Shown: piece by piece, positions 12,101 through 21,600 of the stretch
Position numbering within the stretch: the first letter of the stretch is position 1
Layout: each line of letters begins with the position of its first letter
Source of the DNA: Giardia intestinalis
Lineage: Eukaryota
Direction: 5' to 3' (one strand)
DNA: 64,000 nt
Assembly (NCBI GenBank): GCA_000002435.2
Contig: CM018793.1
The notes under the pieces: generated by a model
Told to the model about the DNA's origin: nothing
What the model saw: only the letters and a program-made list of their open reading frames with translations
Databases searched by the model: none
Position numbers and translations under genes: made by a program

Positions 12101-12412
12101 TTATTCCCTCCCATGATAAGCGAAGCTCAAATACAAGAGCAGTACTGATGAAGCTATATACAAACGACTAGTTAAGGATCCCATAAAATATTATAACTTG
12201 CTTTTAATTTTATGTTAACAACTCTACTCCTTTAGGTCAAAGACAGACCTATGCAGTAGGCCATTCTCGACATAGCATACCTTTGTTTTCACTTTCGTTG
12301 CTTTACCTGACTTATATAAGATCAATAGTTTTATGTTTTCTTCATTGTTACTAGATTGGTTCAGAGATTAGGTTAAAGGAAAATGGCAATTAAACATGAG
12401 TTCTAGACTTTA

Positions 12413-13030
12413 ATGTTATCAGTAATCCCTTTGATATGCACGATAGTGCTAGCAAAGAACATGGCAAAGGCAACGGACTGCAACCCACCGATAGACGGCT
12501 GTAGCACGTGCACCGGCACGGGTGACGGACAGACCTGCACGGGCTGTACGGCGGGCGACCAGAAGGTCCAGCCGAACGGAAAGGGCTGCATAGCGGGATG
12601 TCCCCCCAACTCGGACGACGTAGGAGGGATCTGCACTTGCAAGAGCACGCACAAGCCGTCAGACAATGGGCAGACGTGTGTCCCGAAAACGGACTGCAAC
12701 CCACCGATAGACGGCTGTAGCACGTGCACCGGCACGGGTGACGGACAGACCTGCACGGGCTGTACGGCGGGCGACCAGAAGGTCCAGCCGAACGGAAAGG
12801 GCTGCATAGCGGGATGTCCCCCCAACTCGGACGACGTAGGAGGGATCTGCACTTGCAAGAGCACGCACAAGCCGTCAGACAATGGGCAGACGTGTGTCCC
12901 TTCTAATACCAACAAGAGTAGCGGCCTTTCTACCGGCGCCATCGCGGGCATCGCCGTGGCCGCTGTCATCGTCGTCGGGGGGCTCGTCGGCTTCCTCTGC
13001 TGGTGGTTCCTCTGCCGGGGCAAGGCGTAG
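12413..13030 (+). CDS. Variant-specific surface protein (VSP), short allele/copy: signal peptide, 2 x 72-aa Cys-rich repeats, TM helix, CRGKA tail
   Basis: N-terminal hydrophobic signal MLSVIPLICTIVLA. Repeat unit TDCNPPIDGCSTCTGTGDGQTCTGCTAGDQKVQPNGKGCIAGCPPNSDDVGGICTCKSTHKPSDNGQTCVPK carries CXXC motifs. C-terminal TM GAIAGIAVAAVIVVGGLVGFLCWWFL is followed by the invariant VSP tail CRGKA. The conserved VSP 3' motif follows the stop 6 nt downstream. Confidence 0.85.
   Translation: MLSVIPLICTIVLAKNMAKATDCNPPIDGCSTCTGTGDGQTCTGCTAGDQKVQPNGKGCIAGCPPNSDDVGGICTCKSTHKPSDNGQTCVPKTDCNPPIDGCSTCTGTGDGQTCTGCTAGDQKVQPNGKGCIAGCPPNSDDVGGICTCKSTHKPSDNGQTCVPSNTNKSSGLSTGAIAGIAVAAVIVVGGLVGFLCWWFLCRGKA
12473..12904 (+). 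repeat. Tandem repeat, 216-bp unit x 2 (coding, inside left VSP)
   Basis: Two consecutive copies of the 72-aa unit in the translation. The second ends CVPS instead of CVPK. Confidence 0.85.
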
Positions 13031-13036
13031 ATGCGT

Positions 13037-13051
13037 ACTTAGGTAGTAAAC
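13037..13051 (+). promoter_or_regulatory. Conserved VSP 3' extended polyadenylation motif ACTTAGGTAGTAAAC
   Basis: Exact match to the ACTYAGRTAGTRAAY motif reported immediately downstream of Giardia VSP stop codons. It contains the general Giardia poly(A) signal AGTAAAC. Confidence 0.65.
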
Positions 13052-13512
13052 GCGTCACTGTATATGGTTTATTACACTCTGCTGCTGGGCTAACCTGAGG
13101 ACGTTGTCCAGAGATCGTGCGGGCGATCCTGCTCAAGCTCTGACCAGTCCAGGAACGAGGGCTGGTTGCGAATAACATAACAAGAGAGTCCTCTCCAGTG
13201 ATGCATCTAGAGCCTGGGCATTCCTCGACCGCTCTACGGGGGTGTGCTCAGTCTGGGTGTGCACGTCGGCCCTTTCGGGGTTCAGGCCTTCTCGCAGACT
13301 CTCTGCTCTACCGGCGGTGACTCTCCTTGGTCTTCCTTCGTGGTGGGTGGAGCTCTGGCCGCCGTCTTTTTTAGATGCTCCCGTCTGTCAGGGGCTGCCA
13401 TCGGGGCTCTCCACTGGCCGCCCCTCGGTGTCCGTCCGGCTGTGGTTCTGGGTCAGCGCTCTACAGTCGCGGTTACCTGGGTCTCAGCGGGCCAGCTGGT
13501 GGGGAGGCGGGG

Positions 13513-15206
13513 TATGGGGCGGTGAGGCTGGAGGGGACTGGTGGGGGGTGAGGTGGGGGGTGCTTGTATGTGCCTCTGGAACCGGTGGGTCATTGCGGTG
13601 GTGGGTGATCCCCGTTCTGTTTGCTAAGGTGGCTGTGTCTGATCCCCAGCCTTCGTTGCACTCTCTGAGACAGAGGCACCGACGATCGTGTCGTGTCCCC
13701 CTGACTGAGCGCCTCCCTTGGCCCCTTATCTCAGGCAGTACTGCCTCTCTGTCTGGCTGGTGCGTGAGGGTTGAGGCAGGCCATCGCAGCCCCTCCTGTT
13801 GCTCGCTGATGCTCTGTGCGGGTCTGCTGAGCCCCTGGTATGCCCTGTCCAGTGCCTCGACGGGGGTAGTTCACCTTGGGCCAGCAGGGGCATGGATGAG
13901 CCTGTGGATGGGATGGGGTTCTCTCAGGCCTCTAGTGTGATGTTCATCGAAGACTGGCATGGTGGGGCACTGGTAACTGCACTGTCCCCGTGGCCAGCTG
14001 TGCTGCTCCTGGTGGGTCCTTGTCATGGAGCGATGTGTATCATCCGTAGGCAGGGGTGATCCTCCTTGGTCTCAAGATGCTCTACCAGCAGAGAGAAGCA
14101 CGCTGAGGGTCACCCAACATCACCTGCTGTGCCCTCGGGAGCTCCCGGTGTGATCCACCAGGACCTTGACACCTCTCATGGCTCTGATGACCCCTCGGGG
14201 AGAGTCGGGGCATCCTATACTGAGGGAGGCGTGCACCCTCCTGCATGAGCTGGGACCCACTGCACTGCCCCCAAGGAGGTCTGCTATGAGAGGCAGTGGG
14301 ATGATTGACAGCCTCAGAGTGCGGTGGAGGGTGCTGGTGGTCGTCTCTGTGATCGGGCATCACTCTGATGGTCGGCTCTGTGCCTTATGGTGCTCAGAGG
14401 CCACCTGTGCTCCATCGTCTGCTGGACAGCCGGGCCTCTTGTGTCATCCGAAGGCCTCCTCACTCCTCTGGCTGCTGCCCCCTCGGGTCATTGATAGAGG
14501 CAGTCGAGGCCAGCAGAGTCTTCGGTGAGTCGTGCCTGCCTGGGTGTCATGGAGAGGCTGGCAGCTGTCAGGGCTCTGCCACTGCTCACCTGCCTGGAGC
14601 GTGCCTCCCTTGGGTCTGCTGTAGTGTTTGAGTCCTCTGGCTTCCTATCAGGCCCTGATTGTGAGGGTGACCCCACCTGGCCCTCTGATGCCCCTGTGGA
14701 TGAGCATGGCAGCTGTCTGGCTGGGGATCTCTGGTGCCCGTGTCTGTTGCTGCCTCTCGGGTGCTCGGGTGGTTGCCTGGTACTCTCGTATGGGGGCACA
14801 TAGTCAGCGTGTCCCGAGCAGACTCCAGTCCTCTCTGGGTCCACACAGTCTGTCCGTGTGTGGATGGTCCTCCTGCACTCATGTCCATCTGTATACACTG
14901 TCACTCAGCCTCGAGAGCAGGCCAGTGCAGTCACCAGGGTTACTGTCAGAGGGAGTCGTCTGCCACTACATCGCTCGAGCAGACTCTACAGCCCAGGCTG
15001 GTTGCTGTGCACCCTCATGGCAGGGCTGCTTGACTCCCCTTGGTCATCCTCTCTGTCCCGGTGTGCACGGCTCCTGAGGGTTGTCTGGGTGGAGGCACTC
15101 ACAGACCACGAGCACACAGAGGGGTGAGTCACAAAGGGATAGCCTCCAGTCACCACAGTCACTACTCCACTGGTCCGCCAGATCCAGGGGCACATACAAC
15201 ACCGCC
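13513..15206. other. Unique central spacer of the palindrome (1694 bp), GC-rich, stop-codon-poor in all six frames, no convincing gene
   Basis: Arm identity ends at 13512/15207. ORFs up to 232 aa occur in every frame, but none shows Cys-rich VSP features, signal peptides or known motifs. The first ~20 bp on each side show only degenerate symmetry after a ~40-bp G-run indel. Confidence 0.7.
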
Positions 15207-15667
15207 CCCCGCCTCCCCACCAGCTGGCCCGCTGAGACCCAGGTAACCGCGACTGTAGAGCGCTGACCCAGAACCACAGCCGGACGGACACCGAGGGGCG
15301 GCCAGTGGAGAGCCCCGATGGCAGCCCCTGACAGACGGGAGCATCTAAAAAAGACGGCGGCCAGAGCTCCACCCACCACGAAGGAAGACCAAGGAGAGTC
15401 ACCGCCGGTAGAGCAGAGAGTCTGCGAGAAGGCCTGAACCCCGAAAGGGCCGACGTGCACACCCAGACTGAGCACACCCCCGTAGAGCGGTCGAGGAATG
15501 CCCAGGCTCTAGATGCATCACTGGAGAGGACTCTCTTGTTATGTTATTCGCAACCAGCCCTCGTTCCTGGACTGGTCAGAGCTTGAGCAGGATCGCCCGC
15601 ACGATCTCTGGACAACGTCCTCAGGTTAGCCCAGCAGCAGAGTGTAATAAACCATATACAGTGACGC

Positions 15668-15682
15668 GTTTACTACCTAAGT
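15668..15682 (-). promoter_or_regulatory. Mirror copy of the VSP 3' polyadenylation motif for the right VSP
   Basis: gtttactacctaagt is the reverse complement of ACTTAGGTAGTAAAC, 6 nt past the stop of the minus-strand VSP. Confidence 0.65.
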
Positions 15683-15688
15683 ACGCAT

Positions 15689-18600
15689 CTACGCCTTGCC
15701 CCGGCAGAGGAACCACCAGCAGAGGAAGCCGACGAGCCCCCCGACGACGATGACAGCGGCCACGGCGATGCCCGCGATGGCGCCGGTAGAAAGGCCGCTA
15801 CTCTTGTTGGTATTAGAAGGGACACACGTCTGCCCATTGTCTGACGGCTTGTGCGTGCTCTTGCAAGTGCAGATCCCTCCTACGTCGTCCGAGTTGGGGG
15901 GACATCCCGCTATGCAGCCCTTTCCGTTCGGCTGGACCTTCTGGTCGCCCGCCGTACAGCCCGTGCAGGTCTGTCCGTCACCCGTGCCGGTGCACGTGCT
16001 ACAGCCGTCTATCGGTGGGTTGCAGTCCGTTTTCGGGACACACGTCTGCCCATTGTCTGACGGCTTGTGCGTGCTCTTGCAAGTGCAGATCCCTCCTACG
16101 TCGTCCGAGTTGGGGGGACATCCCGCTATGCAGCCCTTTCCGTTCGGCTGGACCTTCTGGTCGCCCGCCGTACAGCCCGTGCAGGTCTGTCCGTCACCCG
16201 TGCCGGTGCACGTGCTACAGCCGTCTATCGGTGGGTTGCAGTCCGTTTTCGGGACACACGTCTGCCCATTGTCTGACGGCTTGTGCGTGCTCTTGCAAGT
16301 GCAGATCCCTCCTACGTCGTCCGAGTTGGGGGGACATCCCGCTATGCAGCCCTTTCCGTTCGGCTGGACCTTCTGGTCGCCCGCCGTACAGCCCGTGCAG
16401 GTCTGTCCGTCACCCGTGCCGGTGCACGTGCTACAGCCGTCTATCGGTGGGTTGCAGTCCGTTTTCGGGACACACGTCTGCCCATTGTCTGACGGCTTGT
16501 GCGTGCTCTTGCAAGTGCAGATCCCTCCTACGTCGTCCGAGTTGGGGGGACATCCCGCTATGCAGCCCTTTCCGTTCGGCTGGACCTTCTGGTCGCCCGC
16601 CGTACAGCCCGTGCAGGTCTGTCCGTCACCCGTGCCGGTGCACGTGCTACAGCCGTCTATCGGTGGGTTGCAGTCCGTTTTCGGGACACACGTCTGCCCA
16701 TTGTCTGACGGCTTGTGCGTGCTCTTGCAAGTGCAGATCCCTCCTACGTCGTCCGAGTTGGGGGGACATCCCGCTATGCAGCCCTTTCCGTTCGGCTGGA
16801 CCTTCTGGTCGCCCGCCGTACAGCCCGTGCAGGTCTGTCCGTCACCCGTGCCGGTGCACGTGCTACAGCCGTCTATCGGTGGGTTGCAGTCCGTTTTCGG
16901 GACACACGTCTGCCCATTGTCTGACGGCTTGTGCGTGCTCTTGCAAGTGCAGATCCCTCCTACGTCGTCCGAGTTGGGGGGACATCCCGCTATGCAGCCC
17001 TTTCCGTTCGGCTGGACCTTCTGGTCGCCCGCCGTACAGCCCGTGCAGGTCTGTCCGTCACCCGTGCCGGTGCACGTGCTACAGCCGTCTATCGGTGGGT
17101 TGCAGTCCGTTTTCGGGACACACGTCTGCCCATTGTCTGACGGCTTGTGCGTGCTCTTGCAAGTGCAGATCCCTCCTACGTCGTCCGAGTTGGGGGGACA
17201 TCCCGCTATGCAGCCCTTTCCGTTCGGCTGGACCTTCTGGTCGCCCGCCGTACAGCCCGTGCAGGTCTGTCCGTCACCCGTGCCGGTGCACGTGCTACAG
17301 CCGTCTATCGGTGGGTTGCAGTCCGTTTTCGGGACACACGTCTGCCCATTGTCTGACGGCTTGTGCGTGCTCTTGCAAGTGCAGATCCCTCCTACGTCGT
17401 CCGAGTTGGGGGGACATCCCGCTATGCAGCCCTTTCCGTTCGGCTGGACCTTCTGGTCGCCCGCCGTACAGCCCGTGCAGGTCTGTCCGTCACCCGTGCC
17501 GGTGCACGTGCTACAGCCGTCTATCGGTGGGTTGCAGTCCGTTTTCGGGACACACGTCTGCCCATTGTCTGACGGCTTGTGCGTGCTCTTGCAAGTGCAG
17601 ATCCCTCCTACGTCGTCCGAGTTGGGGGGACATCCCGCTATGCAGCCCTTTCCGTTCGGCTGGACCTTCTGGTCGCCCGCCGTACAGCCCGTGCAGGTCT
17701 GTCCGTCACCCGTGCCGGTGCACGTGCTACAGCCGTCTATCGGTGGGTTGCAGTCCGTTTTCGGGACACACGTCTGCCCATTGTCTGACGGCTTGTGCGT
17801 GCTCTTGCAAGTGCAGATCCCTCCTACGTCGTCCGAGTTGGGGGGACATCCCGCTATGCAGCCCTTTCCGTTCGGCTGGACCTTCTGGTCGCCCGCCGTA
17901 CAGCCCGTGCAGGTCTGTCCGTCACCCGTGCCGGTGCACGTGCTACAGCCGTCTATCGGTGGGTTGCAGTCCGTTTTCGGGACACACGTCTGCCCATTGT
18001 CTGACGGCTTGTGCGTGCTCTTGCAAGTGCAGATCCCTCCTACGTCGTCCGAGTTGGGGGGACATCCCGCTATGCAGCCCTTTCCGTTCGGCTGGACCTT
18101 CTGGTCGCCCGCCGTACAGCCCGTGCAGGTCTGTCCGTCACCCGTGCCGGTGCACGTGCTACAGCCGTCTATCGGTGGGTTGCAGTCCGTTTTCGGGACA
18201 CACGTCTGCCCATTGTCTGACGGCTTGTGCGTGCTCTTGCAAGTGCAGATCCCTCCTACGTCGTCCGAGTTGGGGGGACATCCCGCTATGCAGCCCTTTC
18301 CGTTCGGCTGGACCTTCTGGTCGCCCGCCGTACAGCCCGTGCAGGTCTGTCCGTCACCCGTGCCGGTGCACGTGCTACAGCCGTCTATCGGTGGGTTGCA
18401 GTCCGTTTTCGGGACACACGTCTGCCCATTGTCTGACGGCTTGTGCGTGCTCTTGCAAGTGCAGATCCCTCCTACGTCGTCCGAGTTGGGGGGACATCCC
18501 GCTATGCAGCCCTTTCCGTTCGGCTGGACCTTCTGGTCGCCCGCCGTACAGCCCGTGCAGGTCTGTCCGTCACCCGTGCCGGTGCACGTGCTACAGCCGT

Positions 18601-21600
18601 CTATCGGTGGGTTGCAGTCCGTTTTCGGGACACACGTCTGCCCATTGTCTGACGGCTTGTGCGTGCTCTTGCAAGTGCAGATCCCTCCTACGTCGTCCGA
18701 GTTGGGGGGACATCCCGCTATGCAGCCCTTTCCGTTCGGCTGGACCTTCTGGTCGCCCGCCGTACAGCCCGTGCAGGTCTGTCCGTCACCCGTGCCGGTG
18801 CACGTGCTACAGCCGTCTATCGGTGGGTTGCAGTCCGTTTTCGGGACACACGTCTGCCCATTGTCTGACGGCTTGTGCGTGCTCTTGCAAGTGCAGATCC
18901 CTCCTACGTCGTCCGAGTTGGGGGGACATCCCGCTATGCAGCCCTTTCCGTTCGGCTGGACCTTCTGGTCGCCCGCCGTACAGCCCGTGCAGGTCTGTCC
19001 GTCACCCGTGCCGGTGCACGTGCTACAGCCGTCTATCGGTGGGTTGCAGTCCGTTTTCGGGACACACGTCTGCCCATTGTCTGACGGCTTGTGCGTGCTC
19101 TTGCAAGTGCAGATCCCTCCTACGTCGTCCGAGTTGGGGGGACATCCCGCTATGCAGCCCTTTCCGTTCGGCTGGACCTTCTGGTCGCCCGCCGTACAGC
19201 CCGTGCAGGTCTGTCCGTCACCCGTGCCGGTGCACGTGCTACAGCCGTCTATCGGTGGGTTGCAGTCCGTTTTCGGGACACACGTCTGCCCATTGTCTGA
19301 CGGCTTGTGCGTGCTCTTGCAAGTGCAGATCCCTCCTACGTCGTCCGAGTTGGGGGGACATCCCGCTATGCAGCCCTTTCCGTTCGGCTGGACCTTCTGG
19401 TCGCCCGCCGTACAGCCCGTGCAGGTCTGTCCGTCACCCGTGCCGGTGCACGTGCTACAGCCGTCTATCGGTGGGTTGCAGTCCGTTTTCGGGACACACG
19501 TCTGCCCATTGTCTGACGGCTTGTGCGTGCTCTTGCAAGTGCAGATCCCTCCTACGTCGTCCGAGTTGGGGGGACATCCCGCTATGCAGCCCTTTCCGTT
19601 CGGCTGGACCTTCTGGTCGCCCGCCGTACAGCCCGTGCAGGTCTGTCCGTCACCCGTGCCGGTGCACGTGCTACAGCCGTCTATCGGTGGGTTGCAGTCC
19701 GTTTTCGGGACACACGTCTGCCCATTGTCTGACGGCTTGTGCGTGCTCTTGCAAGTGCAGATCCCTCCTACGTCGTCCGAGTTGGGGGGACATCCCGCTA
19801 TGCAGCCCTTTCCGTTCGGCTGGACCTTCTGGTCGCCCGCCGTACAGCCCGTGCAGGTCTGTCCGTCACCCGTGCCGGTGCACGTGCTACAGCCGTCTAT
19901 CGGTGGGTTGCAGTCCGTTTTCGGGACACACGTCTGCCCATTGTCTGACGGCTTGTGCGTGCTCTTGCAAGTGCAGATCCCTCCTACGTCGTCCGAGTTG
20001 GGGGGACATCCCGCTATGCAGCCCTTTCCGTTCGGCTGGACCTTCTGGTCGCCCGCCGTACAGCCCGTGCAGGTCTGTCCGTCACCCGTGCCGGTGCACG
20101 TGCTACAGCCGTCTATCGGTGGGTTGCAGTCCGTTTTCGGGACACACGTCTGCCCATTGTCTGACGGCTTGTGCGTGCTCTTGCAAGTGCAGATCCCTCC
20201 TACGTCGTCCGAGTTGGGGGGACATCCCGCTATGCAGCCCTTTCCGTTCGGCTGGACCTTCTGGTCGCCCGCCGTACAGCCCGTGCAGGTCTGTCCGTCA
20301 CCCGTGCCGGTGCACGTGCTACAGCCGTCTATCGGTGGGTTGCAGTCCGTTTTCGGGACACACGTCTGCCCATTGTCTGACGGCTTGTGCGTGCTCTTGC
20401 AAGTGCAGATCCCTCCTACGTCGTCCGAGTTGGGGGGACATCCCGCTATGCAGCCCTTTCCGTTCGGCTGGACCTTCTGGTCGCCCGCCGTACAGCCCGT
20501 GCAGGTCTGTCCGTCACCCGTGCCGGTGCACGTGCTACAGCCGTCTATCGGTGGGTTGCAGTCCGTTTTCGGGACACACGTCTGCCCATTGTCTGACGGC
20601 TTGTGCGTGCTCTTGCAAGTGCAGATCCCTCCTACGTCGTCCGAGTTGGGGGGACATCCCGCTATGCAGCCCTTTCCGTTCGGCTGGACCTTCTGGTCGC
20701 CCGCCGTACAGCCCGTGCAGGTCTGTCCGTCACCCGTGCCGGTGCACGTGCTACAGCCGTCTATCGGTGGGTTGCAGTCCGTTTTCGGGACACACGTCTG
20801 CCCATTGTCTGACGGCTTGTGCGTGCTCTTGCAAGTGCAGATCCCTCCTACGTCGTCCGAGTTGGGGGGACATCCCGCTATGCAGCCCTTTCCGTTCGGC
20901 TGGACCTTCTGGTCGCCCGCCGTACAGCCCGTGCAGGTCTGTCCGTCACCCGTGCCGGTGCACGTGCTACAGCCGTCTATCGGTGGGTTGCAGTCCGTTT
21001 TCGGGACACACGTCTGCCCATTGTCTGACGGCTTGTGCGTGCTCTTGCAAGTGCAGATCCCTCCTACGTCGTCCGAGTTGGGGGGACATCCCGCTATGCA
21101 GCCCTTTCCGTTCGGCTGGACCTTCTGGTCGCCCGCCGTACAGCCCGTGCAGGTCTGTCCGTCACCCGTGCCGGTGCACGTGCTACAGCCGTCTATCGGT
21201 GGGTTGCAGTCCGTTTTCGGGACACACGTCTGCCCATTGTCTGACGGCTTGTGCGTGCTCTTGCAAGTGCAGATCCCTCCTACGTCGTCCGAGTTGGGGG
21301 GACATCCCGCTATGCAGCCCTTTCCGTTCGGCTGGACCTTCTGGTCGCCCGCCGTACAGCCCGTGCAGGTCTGTCCGTCACCCGTGCCGGTGCACGTGCT
21401 ACAGCCGTCTATCGGTGGGTTGCAGTCCGTTTTCGGGACACACGTCTGCCCATTGTCTGACGGCTTGTGCGTGCTCTTGCAAGTGCAGATCCCTCCTACG
21501 TCGTCCGAGTTGGGGGGACATCCCGCTATGCAGCCCTTTCCGTTCGGCTGGACCTTCTGGTCGCCCGCCGTACAGCCCGTGCAGGTCTGTCCGTCACCCG

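Larger units (their letters stand above)
6572..13512. repeat. Left arm of ~21.8-kb inverted repeat (palindrome); 6941 bp
   Basis: All ORFs in 6523-13509 have exact reverse-complement partners at mirror positions, with coordinate sums of 34983 outside the VSP array and 28719 inside. Boundaries were read directly: identity starts at 6572 (mirror 28411) and ends at 13512 (mirror 15207). Confidence 0.9.

Noticed and set aside
14351-14371. Short hairpin catca-ctc-tgatg near the geometric centre of the palindrome
   Set aside because: Only a 5-bp stem and 4-5 bp off the calculated symmetry axis. Not significant.
13242-15477. Multiple overlapping ORFs (60-232 aa) in all frames across the central spacer and arm ends
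   Set aside because: GC-rich, stop-poor sequence. Translations are Arg/Gly/Pro/Trp-rich without motifs. Several are mirror images of each other (13242-13509 versus 15210-15477), as expected from the palindrome rather than from genes.
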